This document shows positions 51,352 through 63,537 of a stretch of 64,000 nucleotides of DNA, one piece after another. Origin of the DNA: Macrostomum lignano (Eukaryota). Position 1 is the stretch's first letter, and each line of letters begins with the position of its first letter. Made by a program: the position numbers and the translations under genes. The notes under the pieces are model-generated. The model saw only the letters and a list, made by a program, of their open reading frames with translations, had not been told where the DNA came from and searched no databases. The stretch covers positions 186,001 to 250,000 of the forward strand of contig NIVC01001313.1 in assembly GCA_002269645.1 (NCBI GenBank), written 5' to 3'.

Positions 51352-53207
51352 CCACGCACCAATTTGAATGATGAAAAAACCAAATAGGAAGCAAAAAGGT
51401 ATATAAGTATACTTAGCAGGATAAGTGAAAATATTGTAAATGTGAAGGCAAGCAAAGAAAACGAATACAGTCTGTAAAGGAATTGATACAAAACAGACAC
51501 GAAAGTAAGAAAGTAAGCAAAAAAGCACGTAGACGGACAGCAAACAAACAAATAATAAAATGGATTATCACTATGGATATCGTCTGAGCTGACTAGTCTA
51601 GACTAGGAATTCAGATGGGAGAAGGAGCGAAGCATGAGTAGAAGAGCAGTGGGGGCAAAAGGAGCGAGCGCACTTCATTCTCACTGAACGCAAGTGCATA
51701 AATACCGGTGTATATATTTTTTTTGTAAATTTTTTATAATGCATTTCATTGGTGTTCGCCCCGCAATAGAATCTTTACTGTCGTATAAGCATGTGCTGTA
51801 CTTTCCAGATAGAAAAACTGACGTAGCCCCAGTCAAAGCTTGTCACAGTAGTATATAGTCTAAGGCTATATCTCCCACTCGACAGTTCCCTCGGTCGCAT
51901 AAAATCGTTAATATCTACCGCTCTGGCTTTTAATCTTATATCATTTATTTCATTCAGATAATGAGTGATGCACACACATAAGTGATGCTGATTTCTGCTA
52001 ATAGGAAATGCCAGTTTATTTATTAAAGGTTTGGTTCGTGCTGGAAAGGATAAGCACTATTTGCTGATTGAAAAAGGATGTTGGGCTGATGAAAGAAACT
52101 GTTTTGGCTGGTGAAAATTTTGATTCATGGCAACATTTTTTGCCAAAAAAAGAAATAGTAATTTTTGATTAATGGAAATCAACATTTTGGATAATTAGTA
52201 AGGTTAATACTCTTAGGCCAAAATAAAAACTAATTGGTGTCATTTTCGAAGCCCCCCATCGGGGGGCTAAATGGCCAGTCTTATACTAAAATGCTTGCTC
52301 ATATTTGAATCTTAAGCACTGAAATACATTCGCTTTGACGGCTTTGCCGATAGAGTTAATCCGTTGTTCCGGTCACCACAAAAACCTTCTAAGTTCACAT
52401 TAGACTAGAGAAAATTGTTAGGCACAACATGTTTAAACTAAGATCTTCAGGTTCGTCAGTTGAACCAACAAAGTACTTAGTAGGCCCTTCGATGGCGTTA
52501 GTAGCAAATGGGGCCGTATCATGGGCTTAGCTAGTGTGGTAGTGGTCTCTCAGAAAGAGACTCAAAGAGACCCAATGCATGACCTGCGTGCAACGCTTCA
52601 GGGATGCGCAGATGGTCAGTACGTCCAAACGAATAAAACAATCTATAGCACTACTAGAATGAACTAATGCTAAAGTTGAATTGTCACGCCACAAGAGTAA
52701 GACATGAAAAAAATTGAACAAATATGGAAAGAGACCAATGGATTGCAACAAGAGAAAATCAACACATGGGTGCGTGTCAAGAAATAAGTACATGCAGAGC
52801 ACGGGATCACATGGGTAGGGTGCTGGAGTCTATCAAACTGCTGTGCGAACGATTGCAGGTTTTTTGGTATTTCATAAGGGGAGATTGGATGTGCGTTAAT
52901 GATTTTTAGTTAGCAGAAAAAAGTGGATAAGGGTCGGAGTTAGGAGATAGAAGAAAGGGGAATTACGCAAAGGAATTGAGTACTGAGCTGATAGGTGAGT
53001 AGGTTTATCTTCTGTGAGTAGAATTACATGTGTTACATAGAGTTACATCAATATAGTGTGAGACGCAGATACAAGTATGATGTGAGCGATGTGATGTGAG
53101 AGAGGAAGGGCAAGCCAAGACGCCGAAAAAGCCAATGATAGAGAAAAGGAGAGAAGAGGTGCAACCATGCCATTGCTCACTTCACCATTACATTGCTTCC
53201 AGAGCCG

Positions 53208-55458
53208 ATGAAGTGCGTCGGTCAAAAAGCAAATGACAGACGACAAGATCAATGCGCACGTTTATTATCTCCGAAGAATCGCAGTTTGAATGTACTACTA
53301 CAACAACATGCAAACTATTTATTGTCTACTGGCTGCCAAGCAGTAAACAGTAAAACATCTTCAGCCATTCCAATCTCCAGCCAGACAACGCGCCCTAAAA
53401 ATGAAATAAATCTTAAAGAAGGTTAGTAGAACTAACAATCCGTTGTTTTAGAGTGTTACTCAATTTAATTTTTTCGAGTCATTAATCTCATACTCTGAAT
53501 TTAAGAACCATTTTTTTCTTTAGATAAACAGCTCATGATGAGTGAACAGCTGCTACCAAAAACGGACCCGGATGAGAACAGTGAGTACTGGTTATGCTCA
53601 GGATATTATTTGCTTTCAACAATGTTAACTCCACCCGCATACATGTATGCTATTTAAGACTTTTGAAATAGAATGATTTTCCAATTGTATTGATGGTTCT
53701 ATCATTTTTTTATTATTACTATTATTCTAATGCAACATGCACTGTAAGTCGATATATTTTTCAGAAAGTTCGACTCCAAACGCGGCACCTGCTGGTGATA
53801 TTCCATTGCCGAATGATTCCTCAAACTCAGGTAGGTTTAAACAGGCAATGATCATCTTTAGTTCTCTCAATCGTCCAAATCCCCTTGTGCGTGACTAATT
53901 TCTTATTTTACTATTTCCGCTAGAGTGGGACCAAATTCGAGGAAAGGCTGACATCTACACTGATCTGCAGGGCGAAGCGATTGAAAAACACCTTAAGGAT
54001 TTATTGGACCAGTACAAGGGCTTGTTTGACACTATCGGATTGCAGACAAACCAAACATCCGCTCCAGCATCAAGACCAACCGCTGTTCAGAGCCCAGAGG
54101 CGCAGCGTCGAATCCACATATTTTTCTATCTAGTTGGCTCTTTAGATTCAAACCAGCGATTTTCGACATCGTTAGCGACGGTCGTGTCGGAACTTCAACA
54201 AAACTTCGATTCGTCCTTGCCAATACTGCTTGTGTTCTGCAGGCTGAAAGACGGGGAGAATCCGAACTCTCCGGATGTTCGTGAAGATGAAGCCTTCTTG
54301 CATCAGACATGGCCGGACGATCCAAATATCTCTTTGATTTACAAGCGCGGCGATGAGAACAATGTACTGTGCTTTTTGGCTGACTTGAAGGACAATATCG
54401 AGGACTCGAATGATCCCGAAAATCTGGGCAGCTGTGCCGTCATGCATGAGGTGCTGAAAAAGTTGGAGCAGCGCAATACGAGAGACAAATTTTACATCAG
54501 AGGAATCGAAAACAAGCCAGAATTAAGAATCGAGGCTTTTAAACCCAAAGATCGCCTGTTGAAAAATCATCCTGATCTGAAGGGAAAATCAAACTTTTCT
54601 CCACTTGAAGCACCAGATTTTCTGGGTGACTACTACGAGAACAATGGAGATGGACGGGTTCTCATTATTGGCAATGAGCATTTTGATGCGCTAAATCGAA
54701 GAAGAGGCACTAGAATTGACTGCGAGAACCTCAGGCACCTGTTTACTAGGCTCGGAATGTCTGTTGACGTACGCCATGACTTGAAATCGCCCAAAATGAC
54801 GAAGGCTGTAGACGAGTTTTGCCAAATGGAAAGTGAAACCGCAAGCTGTGCAATTTTGGTTATTCTCACGCACGGATCGCAGCACGGGTCGCAGCATCGC
54901 CTGTACGGAGTTGAGGCTGCCATTGGAGAATTCCCGAATTGGATCACGGTTGAATATGTCATTCAAATGCTCTCTAATGCTCTACACCTGGCCCGAAAGC
55001 CCAGGCTGCTCATCATCAATGCCTGCCGGATCACTGTTCCACCCAGCCAGGACCCGACGGGACCCGAAGGATCCGACGGTCCTACTGTGATTCAAAGCTC
55101 TAAGTTTGCTGACCACTTTTTGGCCGGATGTCCCGCGACTTACACAGACCATTCTCCCAACAGAGCGGGACTAATCGTGGGCTACTCAACCCTGCCAGGT
55201 GAGGAGAGCCGCGGTCTGGCGATCAGCGGCTCCAGGTTCATCTGCGCCTTGTGCTGGGTCTTCCACCGGTACGCTGGGAATGAGGACGTGCTCTCAATGA
55301 TCAGCAGGGTCAACAAGGAGATGACCAGTTACGTGCAACAAAAGGCAAATCTGAAAACTGAACTCCCGGAGCGAACTCGACATCAACTGCCAAGCTGGAT
55401 GGTTGAGACCACTAAGAAGTTCTACTTGGTGAAAATTGTTCCGGCTCCAGACAGGTAA
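53208..55458 (+). CDS. Caspase-like protein copy B with uncharacterised N-terminal region
   Basis: Exons 53208-53421, 53524-53580, 53765-53830 and 53924-55458 join in phase (start codon uncertain). Motifs RRGTRIDCENL, ILTHG, INACR and GSRFICALC. Confidence 0.85.
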
Positions 55459-56189
55459 TCCCATTTCAGTATAAAAGAATTGGAATGATTTAAGTAGAGG
55501 AGAAACGTTGTTTCTTGAAAAGTCTTTTAAAGACTGGCTTCGCATGATGAAAGTTAAGAACTTTTCATTTTCAGCACAAAGACTAGCAATCATGCCCCCC
55601 CGTTGCAGAGGAAATAAATGATAGGAATGATAGGTATTGCTAGTGTCCCAAGAAAATGATGTTTAAAGCAAAAAGCCAACTATCTAGCCTAATATATCAG
55701 CATCCTCTGTGAACTATGGCATCAAAGCCTTGCTTTAAGCCATGGCTTAACCCTAACTGTCCCTTTGATGCTTGGCCCACCAAAAACTTCCAATTGATTC
55801 CTGGCATCTCCGCAATCGCCCATGAGCATTGACATCTTAGCAGGACATCCTAAAATTCTTTCTGGGGTCATTTCACCGAAGTTTGTATGCCTAAAGTTTA
55901 ATAAAGAAGGACGCAGTTGCAGAAGAAGCCGGCTAAGACATCGTGCTGTATCATATTAACTCTTTTGCTAAGGCTTTGAAAAATAAACGAAGCAATAAAA
56001 CACAGCAGATCATATGAAGATATGAGCATTCGATCTGTTTTCAATATAAGTCAAGTAAACACTCCATTGTGCTGTCAAGAGAAATTTCTCTACAGTGTAT
56101 CTCTTGCGTTCATGCAAAGGCAGTCTTTGTGAAGTCGTTCTAAGACAAGAAGTTTTATGGCTTAGCAAGATATTCAACAAAGCAATTGC

Positions 56190-56471
56190 AACTCAATCGC
56201 TATCGAACACAAAAAACTGAACTTCAGAACACCCGGAATCAGCAGTCAGATGCTGGAGTGCCCGCTGGCTGCACTGGGGTGCGCATTCAAGACCCCCGAT
56301 CCGAGCCAGATGGCTCTCCATCAGGAATCCAAAGCGGAGATTCACCGCCAGATGTGCGGCAATCTGTTGAGAGACCTCAACAGCAAAGACAACGAATTGA
56401 AAGATAAAAGAAAAGAAATTGCGCAGCTCAAGAAGCCGGCTGATGCGCGATATGACTCGGCTGAGCAATAG
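56190..56471 (+). CDS. TRAF-type zinc finger plus short coiled-coil fragment
   Basis: ECPLAALGCAF...MALHQE...H followed by a heptad-like LRDLNSKDNELKDKRKEIAQLK. The 5' end and any TRAF-C domain were not found. Confidence 0.45.
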   Translation, partial: NSIAIEHKKLNFRTPGISSQMLECPLAALGCAFKTPDPSQMALHQESKAEIHRQMCGNLLRDLNSKDNELKDKRKEIAQLKKPADARYDSAEQ

Positions 56472-58355
56472 ATGGCATGACAATCAACTGTAGTGTATTA
56501 TTGCTCATTTCAGGAAAAAAATTCACTTTGCTCTTACACTACTGTCAGTAGTTTTTTGTCTGGAAATATCGGTTAGTTATAGTTGGTTAAAGCAAGTCAG
56601 TCACTCAAGCACTCAAGCACATGAGGAAAAATTGGGAATCTACAACTTTTTTACAACTTAGAAATTTTGATAACATCCTTAACATCCTGTTTTAATTTTA
56701 GTATTTCTCATACGCTCGTCCTAATATTGATATTAGGGAACATCGGGAACTCGGTGTAGCAAAAACGGTCTCTGACTGTTTTTACATGGGCTGTCCTTTC
56801 TGGCGGAATTTCTGCGGGTTGTGCGCAATCCAATGGGCCTAGCACTCGCTAGCCCAATCCAAGTGTCCTCACCGGAGGTGATGTACACATTCTAAAAAAA
56901 CTTTTTTCTTTCCAATTAGTATTTCGGCCCTCGGCCTTGGTTTAGGGGGGGGGGGTGTACCTGGAGTGAGTGTGAATCTGGACTGCAGTGTGGCTAGAAC
57001 GGGACTTGAGCCCCCCAGTCGCACCCGCCCTGCAGGAAAGAAGACCATTCACGAAGGTGTACGGTAGAGCCCAGTTGATGCCAGCCCTGAGGCTGAGCCC
57101 CGGGTTTAGGGTTCAGGTGCTCCTCCCATTTTGTTTTTATCCCTTGCTTTTATCTAGGCCCACTCACGGACCCCTGAATAGTAGACCTTCTACTACTCGT
57201 ATTCAGGGGTCCGTGGCCCACTGAAACCAACAAGTTTCTTGGAGTTATGAGCTCTGCCCTCCCTGCCTGGTCCATCTGCTGTCTCCTCTGGAAGTTCTCT
57301 GCTTTTGTGTCTTGGCTCTAATCTCTAACCGTGGGTTGGAGTCCTGGGGTTGATGTTCGTCACGAATCGGGGATACTGGCTGAGTCCGGTTCCTCTTGCT
57401 CATTGTGCCCCAATTCTCGACCCCTTGGCCTGGCCTTATATACCCAATGCAGGCACACGAAATTCAAGAACACGGGCTGACTTTTTGTTGCGCACCTTCT
57501 CAAACAAGAATCAAGTCGCCAGCCCTCTGGACAGTCGAGATATTCAACAATTCTGCCAGAAGGTCGGATTTTTCCATAAGCGCACTGTTTAATACTACGT
57601 ATCGCGCCGTTAGAGCCGGGTTTTGGAGGTGAGGTGGGTGTCAGAGCCAATGCAAATTCAGCGCCTATCTAAATACATTAGACCGATTCTAATTGGTCCA
57701 GAGTCATTATGTGAGACATTTATACTCTCATGTAAATCTAATTATACATGTAATCACTGTATCGTACAGAAGCGACGACCAGTACAATATAGTACGCATA
57801 ATTAGCGCTCCGCAGTTGTTGTACGCAGAAACGCGCGCGCCCCCAGCCCCGCACAATGCAGCATTGGTGTAGCGCAGAATTAACTGTACATATTAACTGT
57901 CCATATACCAAAATTGGCAGAATTAACGCGCGCCGACCCACCCCATAACTGTCCATATTATTACTTGTCCATATTTACTGTCCATATACCAAAAATTGGC
58001 AGAATTGTAGCGTCCGCCCACCCCATAGCTGTTCGATCAAACCCAAACTTCGTGTACGCACAGAATTGTAGCGCCCACCCATCCAAGAAAATATTCTGTT
58101 GCCTCCCACAATTAATTGGCGGCCCCACGCGGAGGCATGATGAGTCAGTCAGCCGCTGTAAATCGCCGCTATCCACCCCTCTGCTGCAGCCTGTTATATC
58201 CACTCACACCATACTCCATCCCTCTAGAATTCTGTCCTCCGTAGCCACTCCGGGGCAATTACGTCATACCCAACCCCTCCTCAGAGTCAAATAAGTTTTC
58301 AAAAGGCGTATATATATTTACACAAAAAGCCGGCCGAGCTTTGATACGTATATAT

Positions 58356-59005
58356 TTATTTAGCATACACAATTGGGTGACGACCCAAAACGTTTGAATA
58401 ATAGCGAGCAGGAGCATTTTGCAAACAGTTTACAATCAAGTATGAGTAGGGGTCGCGAGTAGCATCCTCATACGTTTTGACAAAACTTTTTGGATTAGTT
58501 GGGACCAGCTGCCTTGCAATATGAGACACTGTGCTGGCATCCCGTACATTGCGGAATAAAACAAGGTAGTTCGAATTGAGCGACTGAGTTCGGTGCTCCT
58601 TACCCTTTGCAAACAGGTTTTGCACAAGATACCAAAGTCGGAACCCCACGTGGGAGACTTTGCGCGTGAAAAAAGTTGTAAAAGCGCCACTCTTTTCCAT
58701 GGCATGCATTTGGTCGTCGACGACAAGCAGAATATTTGGTCAGGGACATATTGTTCAGGATCAAATGTACACGAACGAAAATTTACAGGGTACGGCAATT
58801 CAAACAGTTCAGGATCCGGATAGTGGCCAAACCAGTCTACGCGAATCGGCTTCGGATCTTGAAAAAATTCTTGTCTCAATAGGTTTTTCACAAGTGTGGT
58901 CTTGCCGCTTTGAGCCACCCCAGCAAAAATTGCAGACGTTTTGGGGGCAAATTTTAAAGAGTCGGGGTCTATTGTTTGATACATTTTGATAGGCCGCCCA
59001 ATCAT
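58356..59005 (-). pseudogene. Polinton packaging ATPase (A32/FtsK-like), one frameshift near 58720
   Basis: Walker A GVAQSGKTT in one frame; Walker B LLVVDDQM and FTRKVSH...YLVQNLF...SLNSNYLVLFRN in the next frame. Confidence 0.9.
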
Positions 59006-59007
59006 AT

Positions 59008-59457
59008 TTATGGATGATGCTGCTTTATTTGTAGACAGTGATTCTGCACCATCAAGTCGTTCTCGTAAAGATTTGTGCTATAACAGTCGCGCAATATTTT
59101 TTCAATTGACAGACCCTCCAAAAAGTGTTTTTCAGCCACAAATATTACATGAGCCCCGCAGGTCACACTTAGCGGATGCTGTACAGGATGCCGGTTCATT
59201 GCAACCTCCGCGGAGACATACTTTGCGATCCACAACTTTAATAAATCTGGCACAGGTTCGATACACAAGGGGTCAAAAAATGTCACGCTCTCATCGGCAT
59301 GAAGACAAATTAAAGCCCAGTGAGTGCCTGGTAGATTGCCAGTGTCAAAGTTAATCACGTATGCAGCAGGATAAACAGGCTGCGGAATCCTGTCAACGGG
59401 TGTTACTCGAACAGGGACAGGCAGTATTAGACGTTCTAATATATCTAGACTATTCAT
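59008..59457 (-). CDS. Polinton adenain-type cysteine protease
   Basis: YVINFD...GTHW...FFDPL...Q...SVTCG with His/Asp/Cys catalytic residues; ORF intact. Confidence 0.92.
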   Translation of the reverse strand: MNSLDILERLILPVPVRVTPVDRIPQPVYPAAYVINFDTGNLPGTHWALICLHADESVTFFDPLCIEPVPDLLKLWIAKYVSAEVAMNRHPVQHPLSVTCGAHVIFVAEKHFLEGLSIEKILRDCYSTNLYENDLMVQNHCLQIKQHHP

Positions 59458-59504
59458 ATCGGCATGAATATGGCCGTTATTTGAGAATAAAAAAATGTTT
59501 GTTT

Positions 59505-60788
59505 CTACACGTAGTCTAGAATAACCTGACGACCGCGAGTGATTTGCACAGTATTGTCAAAGTAGCCAAACACCAACACGTTGATTCCTGCGGCCAAGGC
59601 AGCAGAAAACTTTATTTGTAGCGTCAGATTCCCTCGCTCGCGAGGCATGCTATGCCCGCCCAGCTCCATGTCGGGCATGAGATTCCAGGCGAAGAAGCAG
59701 TAGCCAGCTCCATAGTCGGAATATGATACGTCAATATCCAGGTCCCGATTCATCTTTCCTAGGCTTTTTAGTAGCATGGCATACTCGCGAGCATAGTTAT
59801 GAACACCGAATCGAGGAGTAAACGGTTGTCCACACAGACTGACTCCGTCCTTATACAGTGCCACACTGTCGGCACCAAATGGCTCAAAATTAAACGGGTT
59901 ATGTGTAGCCACACCGTTGTACGCGCCGCTGTTTACCATGCCAACAACCACTAGTTTAGGCTTTTGTTCAGGAAATATATTGTTGATTGACATGTCCCGA
60001 ACACCGCCAGCCACTGAAGTATTGTGCACAACAAGTCGCTCAATCGGATAGATTGCATTCTGTTTGCCTAGTTGTTCTTCAATCTCCAATGCCAATTGGG
60101 GGTTTGCCTTGACGCGGCGCACATGTAGTTTGGCACTCTCGAGTACTAGCCGCGCATCAACCCCGTCCGCGTGGTTTTCCAGAACGAAGCCGGAATTGTG
60201 CATGGTCAGCGTAATTACCATATCAGTGTATGGCAGTAGCATTCGGTCGTTGGTAACAAAAAAGTCTAAACTAAGAGGTCCATAAAGGTGAAAGGTGCGT
60301 GAGTTTGCTGCCATCGCCTTGCGGGCTACAAAGCCAGGATTTCCAACCACAGCCATTTGACCTCCAGCGTCCTTTGCGTAGCCCATCATTCTCAGTTGAT
60401 TGGTTTTTGAATCGTGTCCGTAATTCAAACACGTGCGAATATAGGCCTTGTAAGCGTGGTTGTTATTGCTCGACTCTACGTGTGTCCCGTTGATTGTCAA
60501 CGTGACGTTTTTAAACATGCTTTCAAGGACGTAATTGACCGGCGCAACATTCGAATCAGCAGCAAGATTTGTGCCATTAGATTGCCTAACGCGGGCCTTA
60601 ATCTCGAGGTCAATGTCGTTAAGATCGATAAACGTCTCACCACCAACAATCCTAAATTCGACCACGCTGGCATTTTCAACACTGGCAACAGGGTGAACTT
60701 CTTCAGTGGTGGCGCTAATTGCAGCAATTTGGTGTGCGCGAGGAGCAAATAGCTCGAATTCCGACTTTGTACACAGGCACTCAGTCAT
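59505..60788 (-). CDS. Polinton/adintovirus major capsid protein (double jelly-roll, hexon-like)
   Basis: 427-aa intact ORF with N-terminal CTKSEFELF, HNPFNFEPF and C-terminal GNLTLQIKFSAAL...FDNTVQIT...V. Confidence 0.85.
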   Translation of the reverse strand: MTECLCTKSEFELFAPRAHQIAAISATTEEVHPVASVENASVVEFRIVGGETFIDLNDIDLEIKARVRQSNGTNLAADSNVAPVNYVLESMFKNVTLTINGTHVESSNNNHAYKAYIRTCLNYGHDSKTNQLRMMGYAKDAGGQMAVVGNPGFVARKAMAANSRTFHLYGPLSLDFFVTNDRMLLPYTDMVITLTMHNSGFVLENHADGVDARLVLESAKLHVRRVKANPQLALEIEEQLGKQNAIYPIERLVVHNTSVAGGVRDMSINNIFPEQKPKLVVVGMVNSGAYNGVATHNPFNFEPFGADSVALYKDGVSLCGQPFTPRFGVHNYAREYAMLLKSLGKMNRDLDIDVSYSDYGAGYCFFAWNLMPDMELGGHSMPRERGNLTLQIKFSAALAAGINVLVFGYFDNTVQITRGRQVILDYV

Positions 60789-61198
60789 TTTTCTTTCAAC
60801 AGCGGCTTAGTGTGGTGCTCTAATAGACAATCAGTTATTGGCACGGGTTTTTTATTTATAGAGTCGAAAATATCAGAATGCTGCAGTCTTTTTCTCGTTT
60901 TTTTGCTAGTCATCTTTCTTCGTCTTTGTCTGCCGCTACCACGTTGTGCGACTGTGTCCTTGAAAGCATCTTTAGCTGCCTGGACAGAGTTACGCAATGC
61001 TGCTTCTTTCAAGTTCCCGCCTTGATCGAGTGTGTCGCTAACTGTTGTAGCTAGGGCTCGTGTTCCGTGGCGAAGAATATTTTTGCCAAAACTCTTTAAA
61101 ATTGGCAGGGCAAATCGGGCAATGCTGCCAAACAGGCCGTTGCCGCGCTGTGCACCGGAAAATACCGGTAAAGCTCCTCCGATCAAGATTGAAGGCAT
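60785..61198 (-). CDS. Polinton conserved small basic core/PZ-like protein
   Basis: PVFSGAQRGNGLFGSIARFALPIL motif, a second QRGSG and an Arg/Lys-rich tail; overlaps the capsid start by 4 nt. Confidence 0.7.
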   Translation of the reverse strand: MPSILIGGALPVFSGAQRGNGLFGSIARFALPILKSFGKNILRHGTRALATTVSDTLDQGGNLKEAALRNSVQAAKDAFKDTVAQRGSGRQRRRKMTSKKTRKRLQHSDIFDSINKKPVPITDCLLEHHTKPLLKEK

Positions 61199-61238
61199 AT
61201 TGTCGATCAGTTGCTACCTTTTATTCGTGAAAACTTCT

Positions 61239-62431
61239 TTATTTATAGCTTAATTTCACGAATGTTGATCGATAAAACAGTTTTACCTCGAAGAATCTTC
61301 TTCGAGGTAAAGAAGAAGATTTTACCTCGAATCGAAGATCCATTAACTTGCCCATATCGTCACAGATTTGCACCTCAATGGTTTTGAATGGGTGTTTCAC
61401 CAACGGTAAGTAGGATGGATTGACAAACTCGTAGTATTCTCGTTCGCCGTATACCTTTTCATTCAAAGGAATTGCCCCAAGCAGGGGGACTTTGACGTCT
61501 CCAACAATGGCAGAGTCGACAATATTTGAATAGATGTACATAGTTTGTACACCATTTGTTAAATCGATTGGTCGTTTAGCGGTCTTTGGAGTTTCATTGA
61601 AAACATCTTCGCGAAAGCCGAGAATGGCAGCAAGCTCTCCAATGTCGAATAAAATGTTTTCAATGGGTTTGTACTCACACCGGTTCAGAAAAGGGTTGTA
61701 GCTGAATGCATCCACTCTCGTCGCTGGACTTATTGGGAGCTTTGAAACGACGCTCCAAAGCGCTCCATTAACATAATTTAAGAGCTCGTCAGGCGTGCGG
61801 TAGAATCCTTTAGCAATCCGCAGTGACGTTCTAGAAGGCCAGACACTCTTTTCAAACGTTAGAGTCATGGTACTCTCTATGGAGGAGGACTCCAATTCTA
61901 TAGCGAATACTAACGAATTTCTTGGGTGTAATAAAAAAGTCGTTTCTTCGATATTTGATTTATTTCCAGCGTCGTCAACCTTTTTAAACATGCTACACAC
62001 ATTACTGGACAGCCTAATGTTCGCACCATACCATGATTTGTTCACAATTGAAATTTGGCCTTCCTGTGAACGCTCAATGCAAATCATCGCATTATCGTCT
62101 TGCTCATATTTTAGAGCGGCGATGATTGCATCAACCACTTCGTTGGCTGTTGATAGCCCCGCGGCGAGAGAAACCGACGCAAACTGTTTATACGTGGAGG
62201 CGGGTTTTTCTCTCACCTCAATGTCAATCACTTCATCCTCGGAGCGTTGGTCAGGACATCAACCATTCGATTATCGGGGACGGTTTTGAATTCTTTACAA
62301 AAGTAGATCCGTTCGATGCAGACTTCATGATTCGGAAAGTGGAGGGTGTCGGGCAAATTAATGCTATAATGTGCCGAATTATTCTCAGGATAGTGCTCAA
62401 CGCACGCATTGCTAGGTAGGAATAGATGCAT
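61239..62431 (-). pseudogene. Polinton minor capsid protein (penton-like), frameshift near 62230 and rearranged C-terminus
   Basis: N-terminal LFLPSN...YPENNSAHYSINLP...EVCIERI; C-terminal MYIYSNIV...VGDVKVPLL...YLPL...IEVQICDDMG. Confidence 0.85.
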
Positions 62432-62465
62432 TGTAATATACTACACGTTTCGAGTGTATGTGTGT

Positions 62466-63537
62466 TCATCCTTGTCTTATATTTATAACTTCCTCAACTG
62501 GTACAAATGCATTGAACGACTCGGGATAGCCGCGCCAACTAACGAAATGATGAGCGACACCATTGATGATGACATTGCGACGCAGAATTTTGTCTATAAC
62601 AAAGCGTCCGGTCGAACCGTCTTTGAAAGTTCATTATAGTAGAATCGACCCTCGATTTGTTCTCCAGATAGGTCGGAAATGCGATAAAAATGAGGCGGTC
62701 CCGGGCATACTTGAGACACAACGTAAACTTCTTCGCTGTACAATCGTATGCTTCCTTGTCAAAGGCTCGACGAGATTTTGAAATTCTGACAAAGTCCCCT
62801 TTTTGGTAAACTGGTTCATCATATTCAGGATCCTTGTAGAGCTTTTCCCACAATTCTTTTTGATTGTGCAGACCGACACTCGAAGGTTTCATATCAATAG
62901 TAGAGTGTACTGTGTTGTTGTAACTTTTAACCAATATTGGCAAATAGTCGATCCAACGCCACGTGTTTTTATGCTCAAAGTAGCGAGCTAAACGTTTTCG
63001 GAGAGTCCTAATCAGCCTTTCAGCCATATTTGCCTTGTATACAGAGTTTGTACTGTACATTTTGATATTATGGGCTTTCAGTAAGTTCTGCATGCGATTG
63101 TTATAAAACTCGGTACCTCGATCAACGTGTAGATATAAAGGCTTAATGGGGAAGTCTTTGATCATGCTTTCAAAAGCCTTTGGAGTGTCGCTTTTCAATT
63201 TTATTGACTGACAAAAAGCCAATTTACTAAGCACGTCAATTGCAACTAGAATATATCGATGACCATCATTCCATTGTTCGTATCGTGACATGTCCACCAA
63301 ATCCGCTTGCACAGTTTCCATGAAGCCTCCCGACATTACTTTTCCGGTTCGGAATTTTCTTTTAACCCTCTTGTGCCGGGTGTAGCTCGATTGGGTCTTC
63401 AGCCATTCGTCGGTTTGGCGTCTCGTCAGGGAGGGGACCAGCCGTTTGGCCTCCTGATATACACGGGCAGCATTTGTAAAAGCGGCGTCCCCCTGTTCGT
63501 ACACTCTCCGAAGAGCGGTTTTCACCCTCATTCGCAA
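62466..63537 (-). pseudogene. Polinton retroviral-like (rve) integrase with C-terminal chromodomain, two frameshifts
   Basis: QADLVDM, HVDRGTEF and AERLIRTL (DDE core). Shifted frames give EEVYVVSQV...GRFYYNELS and the chromodomain FVIDKILRR...FVSWRGYPESFNAFVP. Confidence 0.9.
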
